Shown: positions 35,444-54,749 of the stretch, one piece after another
How positions within the stretch are numbered: position 1 is the first letter of the stretch
Layout: each line of letters begins with the position of its first letter
DNA from: the human T2T-CHM13v2.0 reference genome, Homo sapiens
Assembly (NCBI RefSeq): GCF_009914755.1
Contig: NC_060930.1
Strand: one strand, 5' to 3'
Length of the DNA stretch: 64,000 bases
Position numbers and translations under genes: made by a program
The notes under the pieces: model-generated
Told to the model about the DNA's origin: nothing
What the model saw: the letters and a program-made list of their open reading frames with translations, nothing else
The model's database searches: none

Positions 35444-35765
35444 TAATCATCCTTTATATCTGCAAGGGGTTGGTTCCAGGAACACTATGAATGCCAAAAT
35501 TCACAAATGCTCAAGTCCCTTATATAAAATGCCATAGCATTTGCATATAACCTATGTGCATCCTTCTGCATACTTTAAATCATTTCTAGATTATACATAA
35601 TACCCAATACAATGTAAATGCTACATAGGTAACTTTTATACTGTGTTGGTTTTTTATTTTTATTATGTTTTATTCTTGTATTATTTTTATTGTATTTTTA
35701 AATATTTTTGATTTGCAATTAGTAAAATCTATAATGCAAAACCCATGCCTACAGAGGGCCAACTG
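35444..35765 (+). mobile_element. MER2 (Tigger-family MITE)
   Basis: ttggttccagga...tgctcaagtcccttatataaaatg...agagggccaactg; TA duplication at 35442-35443 and 35766-35767. Confidence 0.85.
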
Positions 35766-38700
35766 TACTTATGTAAGACAAAATAGGCTTTAGGGCTTTG
35801 TATAGTCTGAGCTGACTACGGGTAGAAGGGATCCCAAAGCACACCACAGCACAGCTGCTCTACCAAAATATGGCCAGACTGCTTCCTTAAGCAGGTTCCC
35901 AATCCCATTCCTCCTCACTTGGTGGGAACTCCCAAGTGGGCTTTCAGCCACCCCTGTTGGTGTTCTCTGGCCAAGAGAGATTTGTAATTTCCCTCAAACA
36001 GAGCACCCAGAGGGAGGGGTGGGACACCATCTTTGCTCTTTGAGTGACAGCCATTCCATCTTTCGGGCTTCAGGGTGTCTGAGGTGACTGGGGACTGAAG
36101 CAGACCCCTAACACAACACAGCTTCTCTACTGAAACACGGCAAGAGTGCTTTTTTAAGCAGGTCTCCAATCCTATTCCTCCTCATTGGGCAGGGCTTCCC
36201 AACTGGGGTCTCCAGCCACTTCCTAGGGTGCCTTTGGGCTGGCAACAGGCCCATATCTCCCTAGGACAAAGCGTCCAGATGGAGGAACAGGTTGCCACCT
36301 TTGCTGTTTTGCAGCATTCACTGGTGAAACCTCCAGGTACTGAAATATCTGAGGCAACTAGGGACCAGAGTGCACCCCAAGCACACTGCAGCAGCCCTAT
36401 GGAAAAGTGGCAAGACAGTTACATGGGTGTCCATTCCTATATCTTCTCACCAGGCAGGTCCTCCAGGCCTGGGCCTCCAGCCACCCCCCACCAGAGTTAT
36501 TGAGCTGGTAGCAACTCTAGGGGCAACTGAAAGCCTCTCTGCCACTGCCTCTGCCTTGCCACCCTCAGACTAACAATGGAACAAAGACCCTAAGTGTTTT
36601 ATTCACACCTCCAACAAACTGCAGTCAACCCAAGAAGAGGAGAATAGTCCATCTCCCATGGGTCTCACACACCCCCCACTGCTCATCACAAGACAGGGAA
36701 CCTCTGGCTTGGGCCCACAGCATAGACCCTCCATCCTGGGCTGATTGCACTGGGCAAATGCTGACCTGCATCTCTGTGGCATAGAGGCCCCAGGAGACAA
36801 GCAAATGACCCTCAGCCACAACTAGTACTAAGATCCCTTCCTCTGCTGCCTCCAAGTTGGGGAGAAAACAACACTGAGATTGCCCCAGAGCTGCAATGAA
36901 CAGCCCAGGAGTGCCAAATCATGATCTACAGCCAGCACTCAAGGGGAGAGGATCCCACACTTTCAGAGTATTGAGCAGGAACATGGCTGCCACTGTGAGG
37001 AAACATAGGGGAGCAACACAACCGAACAAAAGTCTACCAACTGACAAATAAGCCTAAGTACTACCTGCTGGATCACACTCTAAAGCTTCAAAATGAAAAA
37101 TACCCCCCTAATATACCCCCTCTGAAACCAGAGACAAGAAGGCAGCTTCAAAGAAAAACCCTGCACAAAGCCTTGGCCTGGTGAAAACATCCAGAAAAGA
37201 AGTCTATTGACTGTACTCAATCTACACTGCAGTTAAAGGAACAGCCACATGCAGAGATGAGGAAGAATCAACACAAGAACTCTGGTAACTCTAATGGCCA
37301 GAGTGTCTGATGTCCTCCAAACAACCACACCAGTTCTCCAACAAGAGCTCTCAATCAGGCCAAACTGGCTGGGATGACAGAGATAGAATTCAGAACCAAT
37401 GGATAGGAAGAAAGATTATCAAGATTCAGAGAATGGCAAAACACAATCCAGGGAAAATAGGAATCACAATAAAGTAGGAGCTGAAAGACAAAACAGCCAC
37501 TACAAAAAAGAACCTAATGGGTCTGACAGAGCTGAACAACACAGTACAAGAGTTTCACAATGCAATCACAAGTATTAACAGCAGAATAAACCAAGCTGAG
37601 GAAAAAAAATCTCAGAACTTGAAGACTGGTTCTCTAAGGCAGTCAGACAAAAATAAAGAAAAAAGAATAAAAAGGAATAAACAAAGCCTCTGCAAAGTAT
37701 GGGATTATGTGATGAGGCCAAATCTATGAATCATTGGCATTCCTGAAAGGGAGGAGGAAAAAGCAAACAACTTGGAAAACATATTTCAGGATATAATCCA
37801 TGAAAACTTCCTCAACCTTGCTAGAGAAGCTAATGATCAAATTCAGGAAATACAGAGAATTCCTACAAGATTCTACACAAAAAGACCATCCCAAAGACAT
37901 ATAATCATCAAATTTTCTACCATCAAAATGTCAAAATAAATGCTAAATGCAGCTAGAGAGAAAGGGCAGGTTACCTACAAAGGGAATCCCACTAGGCTAA
38001 CAGCAAGCCTCTCAGGTGATACCCTGAAAGCCAAAAGAGATTGGAGACCTCTATTCAACCATCATAGGGAAAAAAATCTTCAATCAAGGGTTTCATATTT
38101 GGCCAAACTAGGCTTCCTAAGTGAAGAAGAAATACAATCCTTTTCAGATTAGCAAATGTTGAGGGAATTCATTACCACCAGACCTGCCTTACAAGAGCTC
38201 TTCAAAGGAGTGTTAAATGCAGAAAGACTGCTACCTTCTAATACAAAAACACACTTAAACACACAGAGCAGTGTCATTGTGAAGCAATTACAAAAACAAA
38301 CTAACATAATAACCAGCTAACAGCACAACGACATAATCAAATCCACACATATCAATATTAATATTCAATGTAAATGGGCTAAATGCCTCACTTAAAAGGC
38401 ACAAAGTGGAAAGCTGGATGAAAATGCAAGACCCAGTGATATGCTGTCTTCAAGAGACACATCTCACAAGTAATGACAATCCTAGGCTCAAAATAAAGGG
38501 ATGGAGGGAAATCTACCAAGCAAATGGAAAACAGAAAAAAGCAGGGTTTGCAATCCTAATTTCAGATAAAACAGATTTCAAACCAACAAAGAAAAAAAAA
38601 AAGACAAAGCAGGGCATTACATAATGGTAAAGGGTTCAATTCAACAGAAGACCTAACTATCCTAAATACATAGGCACCCATCACAGAAGCACCCAGATTC

Positions 38701-41546
38701 ATAAAGCCAGTTCTTAGAGACCTACAAAGAGATATAGACTCCCACACAATAATGGTGGGAGACTTCAAAATGCCACTGATAGTATTAGACAGATCTTCAA
38801 GGCAGAAAATTAACAAAGATATTCAAGACCTAAACTCATCACTGGACATGGATCTAATGGACCTTTACAGAATTCTCCACCGAAAAACAACAAACTATAC
38901 ATTCTGCTCATTGTCACAGGGCACGTACTCTAAAATCAACCACATAATTGGACCTAAAACAATCCTCAACTTATGTAAAAGAACCAAAATCTTATGAACA
39001 CACTCTTGGACTAGAGCTCAATAAAAACAGAAGTCAAGACTAGGAAAATCATGCAAAACCATGCAATGACATGGAAATTAAACATGCTCCATAATGACTT
39101 TAAGGGTACATAATGAAATTACAGCAGAAATAAAGAAGTTATTTGAAAATAATAAGAAAAAAGATCCATAACAGAATCTCTGGGACACACCTAAGGCAAT
39201 GTTAAGAGGTAAATCCATAGCACTAAATCCCTACATCAAAAAGTTAGAAAGATCTCAAATTAATGACCTAACTTCACACCTGAAGGAATTAGAGAAGCAA
39301 GGACAAATCAACCCAAAGCAAGCAGAAGACAAGAAATAACAAAAAATCAGAGCTGAACTGAAGGAAATCAAGACATGAAAAACTATTCAAAAGATCAAGG
39401 AACTAGGAGTTGGTTTTCTGAAAAAAATTAATAAAATAGGCCACTAGCTACACTAATAATGAAGAAAAGAGAAAAGACTCAAATAAAAACAATTAGAAAT
39501 GATGAAGAGAATGTTACTACTGACATCACAGAAATAAAAACAGCCATCAGAAGCTACTACAAACCCCTCAATGCACAGAAACTAGAAAACCAAGAAGAGA
39601 TGAATAAACTTGTGGACATATACAACCTCCCAAGACTGAGCCAGGAAGAAAATGAATCCCTTCACAGACCAATAATGAGCTCCAAAAGTGAATTATTAGT
39701 AAGTAACCTATCAACCAAAAAAAGTCTGGAACCTGATGAATTCACAGACAAATTCTACCAGATGTACAAAGAACAGCTGGTACCATTCCTACTAAAACTA
39801 TTCAAAAAAACTGAGGAGGGACTCCTCCCCAACTCATTCAATGAAGCCAAGATCATCTTGATACCAAAACTTGGCAGAGACACAACAAAAAAAGAAAACT
39901 TCAGGCCAATATCTGTGATGAACATCCACACAAAAATCATCAACAAAATACTTACAAAACAAAATCACTAACACATCAAAAAGCTAATCCACCATGATCA
40001 AGTAGCCTTCATCCTCACGATGCAAGTTTGGTTCAGCATACAAAAATTAATAAATGTGATTCATCACATAAACAGAACTAAAGACAAAAACCACGTGATT
40101 ATCTCAATAAATGCAGAAAAGGCTTTTAATAAAATTCAACATCCCTTCATGTTAAAAATTCTCAATAAACTAGGTATTGAAGGAACATACTTCAAAATGA
40201 TGAGAGCTATCTCTGACAAACCCACAGCCAACATTTTACTGAATGGGTAAAAGCTGGAAGCATATCCATTAAAAACCAGCACAAGACAAGGATGCACTAT
40301 CTCATCATTCCTATTCAACATAATATCAGAAGTCCCAGCCAGGGCAGTCAGGCAAGACAAAGAAATAAAGTGCATCCAAATAGGAAGAGAGAAAGTTAAA
40401 CTACCTCTGTTTGCAGATGACATGATTTTATTTCTAGAAAACCCCATAGTCTCAGCCCAAAAGCTCCTCCAGCTGATAAACACGTCAGCAAAGTTCCAGG
40501 ATACAAAATCAATGTACAAAAATCATTAGCATTACTATACACCAACAACAGCCAAACCTAGAGCCAAATCAGAAAGGCTATTTTATTCACAATTGCTACA
40601 AAAAGAATAAAATAACTAGAAATACAGCTAACCATGGAGGTGAAAGAGTTCTGCAATGAGAATTACAAAACATTCCTCAAAGAAATTAGAAAGACACAAA
40701 CAAATGGAAACACCTCCCATATTCATGAATAGCAAGAAACAATATCATTAAAATGGCTATATTACCCAAAGCAATTTACAAATTCAATGCTGTTTCTATC
40801 AAACTACCAATGACATTCTTCACAGAACTAGAAAAAAACTATTCTAAAATTTATATGAAACCAAAAAAACAAAAGAGCCTCAATAGGCAAGGCAGTACCA
40901 GGCAAAAAGAACAAAGCTGGAAGCCTCATGTTATTCAACTTCAAACTATACTACAAGACTACAGTAACCAAAACAGCATGGTTCTGATACAAAAACAAGC
41001 ACATAGACCAATGGAAGATAATAGAGAACCCAGAAATAAGACTATATATCTACAATCATCTGATCTTTGACAAACCTGACAAAAACTAGTAATTGACAGA
41101 ATCACTATTCAATAAATGGTGTTGGGATAACTGGATAGCCATATGCAGAAGATTGAAGCTGGACCCCTTCCTTACACCATATACAAAAATTAACTCAGGA
41201 TGGATTAAAGTCTTAAATTTAAAACCCAAAACTATGAAAACCCTGGAAGATAACTTAGGCAATACTATTCTGGATATAGGAATGGGCAAAAATTTCATGA
41301 CAGAGACACCAAAAGCAATCATAACAAAAGCAAATATTGACAAATGGAATCTAATTAGATTTAAGAGCTTCTGCACAGCCAAAAAAACTATCAACAGGGT
41401 CAACAGACAACCTACAGAATGGGAAAAAATATTAGGAAACTATCCATCTCACAAAGATCTAATATCCAGCATTTGTAAGAAATTTAAAGAAATTTAAACA
41501 TGAAAAAACAACCCCATTAAAACGTGAGCAAAGGGCACATGCACAA

Positions 41547-42580
41547 GGGCTGGAGCCAAGATGACTGAATAGGAAAACCTCTGCTTTACAGCTCCCAGCG
41601 TGAGCGACGCAGAAGAAGAGTGATTTCTGCATTTCCATCGGAGTTACCGGGTTCATCTCACTAGGGAATGCCAGACAGTGGGCGCAGGACAGTGGGTGTA
41701 GTGCACCGTGCATGAGCTGAAGCTGGGTGAGGCATTGCATCACTCAGGAAGTGCAAGGGGTCAGGGAGTTCCCTTTCCTAGTCAAAGAAAGGGGTGACAC
41801 ACGGCACCTGGAAAATCGGGTCACTCCCACCCCAATACTGCGCTTTTCCCACAGGCTTAGAAAACCGCACACGACGAGATTATATCCCGCACCTGGCTCG
41901 GAGGGTCCTACGCCCATGGAGTCTCACTGATTGCTAGTACAGCAGTCTGAGATCAAACTGCAAGGCTGCAGTGAGGCTGAGGGAGGGGCGCCCACAATTG
42001 CCCAGGCTTGCTTAGGTAAACAAAGCAGCTGGGAAGCTCCAACTGGGTGGAGCCCACCACAGCTCAAGGAGGCCTGCCTGCCTCTGTAGGCTCCACCTCT
42101 GGGGTCAGGGCACAGACAAACAAAAAGACAGCAGTAACCTCTGCAGAATTAAATGTCCCTGTCTGACAGCTTTGAAGAGAGCAGTGGTTCTCCCAGCACA
42201 CAGCTGGAGATCTGAGAACACGCAGACTGCCTCCTCAAGTGGGTTGCTGACCCCTGACCCCCGAGCAGCCTAACTGGGAGGCACCCCCCAGTAGGGGCAG
42301 ACTGACACTTCACAAGGCCGGGTACTCCTCTGAGACAAAATTTCCAGAGGAACAATCAGACAGCAGCATTCGTGGTTCACAAAAATCCGCTGTTCTGCAG
42401 CCACCGCTGCTGGTACCCAGGCAAACAGGGTCTGGAGTGGATCTCTAGCAAATTCCAACAGACCTGCAGCTAAGGGTCCTGTCTGTTAGAAGGAAAACTA
42501 ACAAACAGAAAGGAAATCCACACCAAAAACCATCTGTACATCACCATCATCAAAGACCAAAAGTAGATAAAACCACAAAG
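41547..42580 (+). promoter_or_regulatory. L1 5'UTR internal promoter region (sense and antisense), YY1 motif mutated
   Basis: Residual CpGs; caagatgact in place of caagatggcc; long form retaining the segment at about 42329-42456. Confidence 0.7.
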
Positions 42581-43606
42581 ATGAGGAAAAAACAGAACAG
42601 AAAAACTGGAAACTCTAAAAAGCAGAGCTCCTCTCCTCCTCCAAAGGAACGCAGCTCCTCATCAGCAACAGAACAAAGCTGGATGGAGAATGACTTTGAC
42701 GAGTTGAGAGAAGAAGGCTTCAGATGATCAAACTACTCCGAGCTACAGGAGGAAATTCAAACCAAAGGCAAAGAAGTTGAAAACTTTGAAAAAAATTTAG
42801 AGGAATGTATAACTAGAATAACCAATACAGAGAAGTGCTTAAAGGAGCTGTTGGAGATGAAAGCCAAGGCACAAGAACTACGTGAAGAATGCAGAAGCCT
42901 CAGGAGCTGATGCGATCAACTGGAAGAAAGGCTATCAGTGATGAAAGATGAAATGAATGAAATGAAGCAAGAAGGGAAGTTTAGAGAAAAAAGAATAAAA
43001 AGAAATGAACAAAGCCTCCAAGAAATATGGGACTATTTGAAAAGACCAAATCTAAGCCTGATTGGTGTACCTGAAAGTGACGGGAAGAATAGAAACAACT
43101 TGGAAAACTCTCTGCAGGATGTTATCCAGGAGAACTTCCCCAATCTAGCAAGGCACGCCAACATTCAGATTCAGGAAATACAGAGAACGCCACAAAGATA
43201 CTCCTCGAGAAGAGCAACTCCAAGACACATAATTGTCACATTCACCAAAGTTGAAATGAAGGAAAGAATGTTAAGGGCAGCCAGAGAGAAAGGTCGGGTT
43301 ATCCACAAAGGGAAGCCCATCAGACTAACAGCAGATCTCTCGGCAGAAACTCTACAAGCCAGAAGAGAGTGGGGGCCAATATTCAACATTCTTAAAGAAA
43401 AGAATTTTCAACCCAGAATTTCATATCCAGCCAAACTAAGCTTCATAAGTGAAGGAGAAATAAAATACTTTACAGACAAGCAAATGCTGAGAGATTTTGT
43501 CACCACCAGGCCTGCCCTAAAAGAGCTCCTGAAGGAAGCACTAAACATGGAAAGAACAACCGGTACCAGCCACTGCAAAATCATGCCAAATTGTAAAGAC
43601 CATTGA
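42581..43606 (+). pseudogene. Disrupted L1 ORF1p
   Basis: atgaggaaaaaacagaacag start, premature TGA near 42725 and 42908; ORF 42938..43606 has REKG, ARR and YPAKLS motifs. Confidence 0.9.
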
Positions 43607-43659
43607 GGCTAGGAAGAAACTGCATCAACTAACGAGCAAAATAACCAGCTAACATCATC

Positions 43660-48043
<4,384 letters not shown>

Positions 48044-49643
48044 ACAATGAGAACACATGGACACAGGAAGGGGAACATCACATTCTGGGGACTGTTGTGG
48101 GGTGTGGGCATGGGGGAGGGATAGCATTAGGATATATACCTAAGGCTAAATGATGAGTTAATGGGTGCAGCACACCAGCATGGCGCATGTATACATATGT
48201 AACTAACCTGCACATTATGCACATGTACCCTAAAACTTAAAGTATAATAATAATAAAATAAAATAAAATAAATAAGAATGAGATCATGTCTTTTGTGGGA
48301 ACACAGATGGAGCTGGAGGCTATTATTCTTAGCAAACTAATGCAGGAACAGAAAACCAAATACTGCATGCTCTTCTTATAAGTGGGGTTAAATGATAAGA
48401 ATTTAGGAACACAAAGAAGGAAACAACAGACAAAAGGGTCTGCTTGCTAGGAAAGGTTGGGAAGAGGGAGAGGAGCAGAAAGGACAACCACTGGGTACTG
48501 GGATTAATACCTGGATGATGAAATAATATGCACAGGAAACCCCCATGACATGTGTTTACCTATGTAACAAACATTCACATGTACCCCCAAATCTAAAATA
48601 AGAATGAAAAAAAATTAAAACATAGACCTTAAGTCAAAAACTATAAAAAGAGATAAAGAAAGACATTATATAATGATAAAGGGGTCAATTCCTCCAAAGC
48701 ATACAACAATTATATGCAGCCAATATCAGAGCACCTAAATGTATAAAACAAATATTAAAGAACCTAAAGGGAGAGATAGATTGCAATACAATATTTGTAT
48801 GGGAATTTAATACCTCACTTTCAACAATGGACAAATCATCCAGGCAGAAAATTAATAGCAACACATTGGACTTGAACAACACTTTATACCAAATGAACCT
48901 AACAGACACACATAGAACATTCCATCTAACAACAAGAGAACGTACATTCTCCTCAGTGAACAAGGAATTCTCCAGAGTAGATCACATGTTAGAAAACAAA
49001 ATGATCCTTAGCAAATTTAAGAAGATTGAAATCATATCAAGTATCTTTTCAGATTACAATGGTATAAAACTAGGAATCAATAATAGGAGAAACTTCACAA
49101 AATTCACAAATATAGGAAATTAAACAACATGCTCCTGCAAAATCAATGATCCAATGAAGAAATTGAAAGGGAAATCAAAACTATCCTGAGAAAAGCAAAA
49201 ATGGAAACCCAACATACCATAACTTATGGGATATAGCAAAAGCAGTTCTAAGAGAAAAGCTTATAACAATAAATGCCTACATGAAAAAGAAAAAAAGATC
49301 TAAAATAAACAACTTGATGTTACTCCTCAAGGAGCTAGGAAAAGAAGGACAAACTAAGCCCAGGGTTAACAGAAAGAAGAAAACAGTAATAGAGCAGAAA
49401 TAACTAATATAGAGACAAGAAATCAATACAAAAGATCAACAAAACTGAAAGTTGGATTTTTGAAAAGAAAAGCAAAATCAACAAACCTTTAGCTAGACCA
49501 AGAAAAAAGAGAGAAGACTCAAATAAAATCACAAATGAAAACAGAAACATTACAATGGATACCACAGAAATACAAAAGATTATAAAAGCCTACTATTAAA
49601 AATTATATGCCAACAAATTAGATAACATGGAAATAATAAATTC

Positions 49644-52600
49644 TTTTTTTATTATACTTCAAGTGCTGGGATACATGTGCAGAATATGAACATTTGTTAC
49701 ATAGGTATACATGTGCCATGGTGGTTTGCTGCACCCATCAACCCATCATCTAGGTTTTAAGCCCTGCATGCATTAGGTGTTTATCTAATGCTCTCCCCCT
49801 CCTTGCTCCCCATACCCCAACAGGCCCTGGCATGTGATGTTTCCCTCCCTGTGTTCATGTATTCCATGGGTCAACTCCCACTTATAAGTGAGAACATGCG
49901 GTGTTTGCTTTTCTGTTTCTGTGTTAGTTTGCTGAGAATGATGGCTTCCAGCTTTATCCACGTCCCTGCAAAGGACATTAACTCATCTGATTTATGGCTG
50001 CATAGTATTCCATGTTGTATATGTGCCACATTTTCTGTATCCAATCTGTTGTTGATGGGCATTTGGGTTGGTTCCAAGTCCTTGCTACTGTGAATAGTCC
50101 TGGAATAAACATATGTGTGCATGTGTCTTTATAGTAGAATGATTTATAATCCTTTGGGTATATACCCAGTAATGGGATTGCTGGGTCAAATGGTATTTCT
50201 GGTTCTAGATCCTTGAGGAATCACCACACTGTCTTCCACAATGGTTGAAATAATTTATACTCCCACCAACAGTGCAAAAGCATTCCTATTTCTCCACATT
50301 CTCTCCAACATCTGTTGTTTCCTGACTTTTTAACAATCTCCATTCTAACTGGCATGAAATAGTATCTCATTGTGGTTTTGATTTGTATTTCTCTAATGAC
50401 AAGTGATAATGAGCTTTTTTTCAAATGTTTGTTGGCCACATAAATGTCTTCTTTTGAGAAGTGTCTGTTCATATCCTTTGCCCACTTTTTCATGGGGTTG
50501 TTTTTTTTTTCTTATAAATTTGTTAAGTTCCTTGTAGATTCTGGATATTAGACCTTTGTCAGATGAATAGACTGCAAAAATTTTCTCCCATTTTTTAGGT
50601 TGCCTGTTCACTCTGATGATAGTTTATTTTGCTGTGCAGAAGCTCTTTAGTTTAATTAGATCCCATTTGTCAATTATGGGGGGTTTTGCAATTAGTTTTG
50701 GTGTTTTAGTCATGAAGTCTTTGCCCATGCTTGGGTCCTGACTGGTACTGCCTAGGTTTTCTTCTAGGGTTTTTAGGGGTTTAGGTTTTATGTTTAAGTA
50801 TTTAATCCATCTTGAGTTAATTTTTGTATAAGGAGTAAGGAAGGGGTCCAGTTTCCGTTTTCTGCATATGGCTAGCCAGTTTTCCCAACGCCATTTATTA
50901 AATAGGGAATCCTTTCCCCATTGCTTGTTTTTGTCAGGTTTGTCAAAGATCAGATGGTTGTAGATGTGATGGGTTATTTCTGAGGCCTCTGTTCTGTTCC
51001 ATTCATCAATATATCTGTTTTGGTACCAGTACCATGCTGTTTGGGTTACTGTAGTCTTGTAGCATAGTTTGAAGTCAAGTACAATGATGTCTCCGGGTTT
51101 GCTCTTTTTGCTTAGGATTGTCTTGGCTATACGAACTCTTTTTTGGTTCCATATGAAATTTAAAGTACCTTTTTCTAGCTCTGTAAAGAAAGTCAATGGT
51201 AGCTTGATGGGAATAGCATTGAATCTATAAATTACTTGGGCAGTATGGCCATTTTCATGATACTGATTCTTCCTATCCATGAGCATGGAATGTTTTTCCA
51301 TTTGTTTGTGCCCTCTCTTATTTCCTTGAGCAGGTTTGTAGTTCTCCTTGAAGAGGTTCTGCATATCCCTTGTTAAGTTGGATTCCTGGGTATTTTATTT
51401 TCTTTGTAGCAATTGTGAATGGTAGTTCATTCATGATTTGGCTCTCTTTTTTACTATTATTGGTATGTAGGAATGCTTGTGATTTTTGCACATTGATTTT
51501 GTATCCAGACTTTGCTGAAGTTGCTTATCAGCTTAAGGAGTTTTGGGGCTGAGACATTGGAGTTTTCTAAATGTACAATCATGTCATCTGCAAACAGAGA
51601 CAATTTGACTGCCTCTCTTCCTATTTGAATACCCTTTACTTCTTTCTCTTGACAGATTGTCCTTGCTGCACTTCCAATACTATGTTGAATAAGAGTGGTG
51701 AGAAAGGGCATCCTTGTTTTGTGATGGTTTTCAAAGGGAATGTTTCCAGCATTTGTCCATTCAGTATGATATTGACTATGGGTTTGTCATAAATAGCTCT
51801 TATTATTTTGAGATATGTTCAATCAGTACCTAGTTTGTTGAGTGTTTTTAGGATGAAAGGGTGTTAAATTTTATCAAAGAATTTTTATGCATCTATTGAG
51901 ATAATCGTGGTTTTTGTCATTGGTTCAGTTTATGTGATGGATTACATCTATCAATTTGCAAATGTTGAACCAGCCTTGCGTCCCAGGGATGAAGCCAACT
52001 TGATCGTGGTGGATCATCTTTTGATGTGCTGCTAGATTTGGTTTGCCAGTATTTTACTGAGGATTTTCACATCAATGTTCATCAGGGATATTGAACTGAA
52101 ATTTTGTTTTTTGCTGTGTCTCTGTCAGGTTTGGGTATCAGGATGATGCTGGCCTCATAAAATGAGGTAGGGAGGAGTCCCTCTTTTTCTATTGTTTGGA
52201 ATAGTTTCAGGAAGAATGGTACCAGCTCTTCTTTGTACATCTAGTGGAATTCAGCTGTGAATTTGTCTGGTCCTGGGCTTTTTTTGGTTGGTAGGCTTTT
52301 AATTATTACATCAATTTCAGAACTTGTTACTGGTCTATTCAGGGATTCAACTTCTTCCTGGTTTAGTCTTGGTAAGGTGTATGTGTCCAGGAATTTATCC
52401 ATTTGTTCTAGCTTTTCTAGTTTATTTGTGTAGAAATGTTTATAGTATTCTCTGATGCTAGTTTTATTTATATAGGATCAGTGGTGAATCCCCTTTATCA
52501 TTTTTTATTGTATCTATTTGATTCTTCTCTCTTTTCATCTTTATTAGTCTGGCTAGCAGTCTATCTATTTTGTTAATCTTTTTGAAAAACCAGCTCATGG

Positions 52601-54171
52601 ATTTATTGATTTTTTGAAGGGTTTTTCATGTTTCTCTCCTTCAGTTCTGCTCTGATCTTAGTTATTTCTTGTCTTCTGCTAGCTTTTGAATTTGTTTGCT
52701 CTTGCTTCTCTAGTTCTTTTACTTTTGATGCTAGGGTGTCAATTTTAGATCATTCCTGCTTTCCAATGTGGGCATTTAGTGCTATAAATTTCCCTCTTAA
52801 CACTGCTTTAGCTGTGTCCCAGAGATTCCAATATGTTCTGTCTTTTTTCTCAATGGTTTCAAAGAACTTATTTATTTAATTTTGTTATTTAGCCAGTAGT
52901 CATTCAGGAGCAGGTTGTTCAGTTTCCAAGTAGATATGCAGCTTTGAGTGAGTTTCTTAATCCTGAGTTCTAATTTGATTGCACTGTCGTGTGAGAGACT
53001 GTTTGTTACGATTTCCATTTTTTGCATTTGCTGAGGAGTGTTTTACTTCCAATTATGTGGTCAATTTTAGAATAAGTGTGATGTGGTGCTGAGAAGAATG
53101 AATATTCTATTAATTTTGGGTGGAAAGTTCTGTAGATGTCCATTAGGTCTGCTTGGTCCAGAGCTGAGCTCAAGTCCTCAATATCCTTGTTAATTTTCTG
53201 TTTTGTTGATTTGTCTAATATTGACAGTGGGGTGTTAAAGTCTCCCACTATTATTGTGTGGGAGTCTAAGTCTCTTTGTAAGTCTCTAAGAACTTGTTTT
53301 ATGAATCTGGGTGCTCCTGTATTAGGTGCATATATATTTAGGATAGTTAGCTCTTCTTGTTGAATTGAGCCCTTTACCATTATGTAATGCCATTCTTTAT
53401 CTTTTTAAATTTTTGTTGGTTTAAAGTTGGTTTGTTTTATCAGAGACTAGGATTGCAAGCCCTGCTCTTTTTTGCTTTTCATTTGCTTGGTAAATATTCC
53501 TCTATTCCTTTATTTTGAGACTATGTGTGTCTTTGCATGTGAGGTGGGTCTCCTGAATACAGCACACAGATAGGTCTTGACTCTTTATCCAATTTGCCAG
53601 TCTGTGTCTTTTAATTGGGGCATTTAGCCCTTTTTCATTCAAGGTTAATATTGTTATGTGTGAATTTGATCATGTCATCCTGATTCTAGCTGGTTATTTT
53701 TCACATTAGTTGATACAGTTTCTTCATAGTGTCATTGGTCTTTATATTTTGGTATGTTTTTGTGGTGGCTGATACCAGTTTTTCCTTTCCATATTTAGTG
53801 CTTCCTTCAGGAGCTCTTGCAAGGCAGGCCTGGTGGTGACAAAATCCCTCAGCATTTGCTTGTCTTGGAAGTATTTTATTTCTTCTTCACTAATGAAGCT
53901 TAGTTTGGCTGGATATGAAATTCTGGGTTGAAAATTATTTTATTTAAGAATGTCAAATATTGGCCCACACTCTCTTCTGACTTGTAAGGTTTCTGCAGAG
54001 AGATCCACTATTAGTCTAGTGGCCTTCCCTTTGTAGGTAACTTGACCCTTCTCTCTGGCTGTCCTTAAGTTTTTCTTTTGTTTCAACCTTGGAGAATATG
54101 ACAATTATGTGTCTTGGGGTTGTTCTTCTTGAGGAGTATCTCAGTGGTGTTCTCTGTATTTCCTGAATTTG
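49644..54171 (-). mobile_element. 5'-truncated L1PA8-like element, about 4.5 kb (part of ORF1, ORF2, 3'UTR)
   Basis: Reverse 3'UTR catctaggttttaagccctgcatgcattagg; ORF2 fragments 53006..53380, 50624..51364 and 49871..50122. Confidence 0.88.
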
Positions 54172-54172
54172 C

Positions 54173-54748
54173 ATTCATTTTGCTTTGGATTGCTTTGGTT
54201 ATTCAGGCTCTTTTTTGGCTCTAAGTGAATTTTAGAATAGCTTTTTGCTAGTTCTGTGAAAAATAACATTAGTAGTTTTATAGGAATGGCATTGAATCTG
54301 TAGATTGCTTTGAGCAGTATGGCCATTTCAATGATATTGAATTTTCCAATCCATGAGCATGGAATATTTTTCCATTTGTTTTTGTCATTCATGATGTCTT
54401 TTAGCCATGTTTTGTAGTTCTTCTTACAGAGACCTTTCACCTCCTTGGTTAGACGTCTTCCTAAGTATTTTATTTTTTGTGTGACTATTATAAATGAGAT
54501 TGCATTCTTGATTTGGCTCTCAGCTTGAATGTTATTGGTGTATAGAAAGGTCACTGATCTTTGTACATTGATTTCATATCCTGAAACTTCATTGAAGCCA
54601 TTTATCAGTTCCAGGAGCTTTTTGGCAGTCATTAGGGTTTTCTAAATAGAGAATCATGTTGTACACAAAAAGAGATAGCTTGACTTCTTCTTTTCCTATT
54701 TGGATGCCTTTTATTTCTTTCTCTTGCCTAATTGCTCTGGCTAGGACT
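54173..54748 (-). mobile_element. Internal ORF2 fragment of an older L1 (L1PB4/L1PA16-like)
   Basis: ORF 54141..54632 ([20 protein letters not shown]) is post-RT ORF2p, more diverged than the neighbouring L1PA8. Confidence 0.75.
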
Positions 54749-54749
54749 T

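Noticed and set aside
41780-41998. L1 antisense ORF0 in copy C
   Set aside because: Start codon reads TTG (plus strand cccacaattg) and an in-frame TGA is present (plus strand tctcactga)
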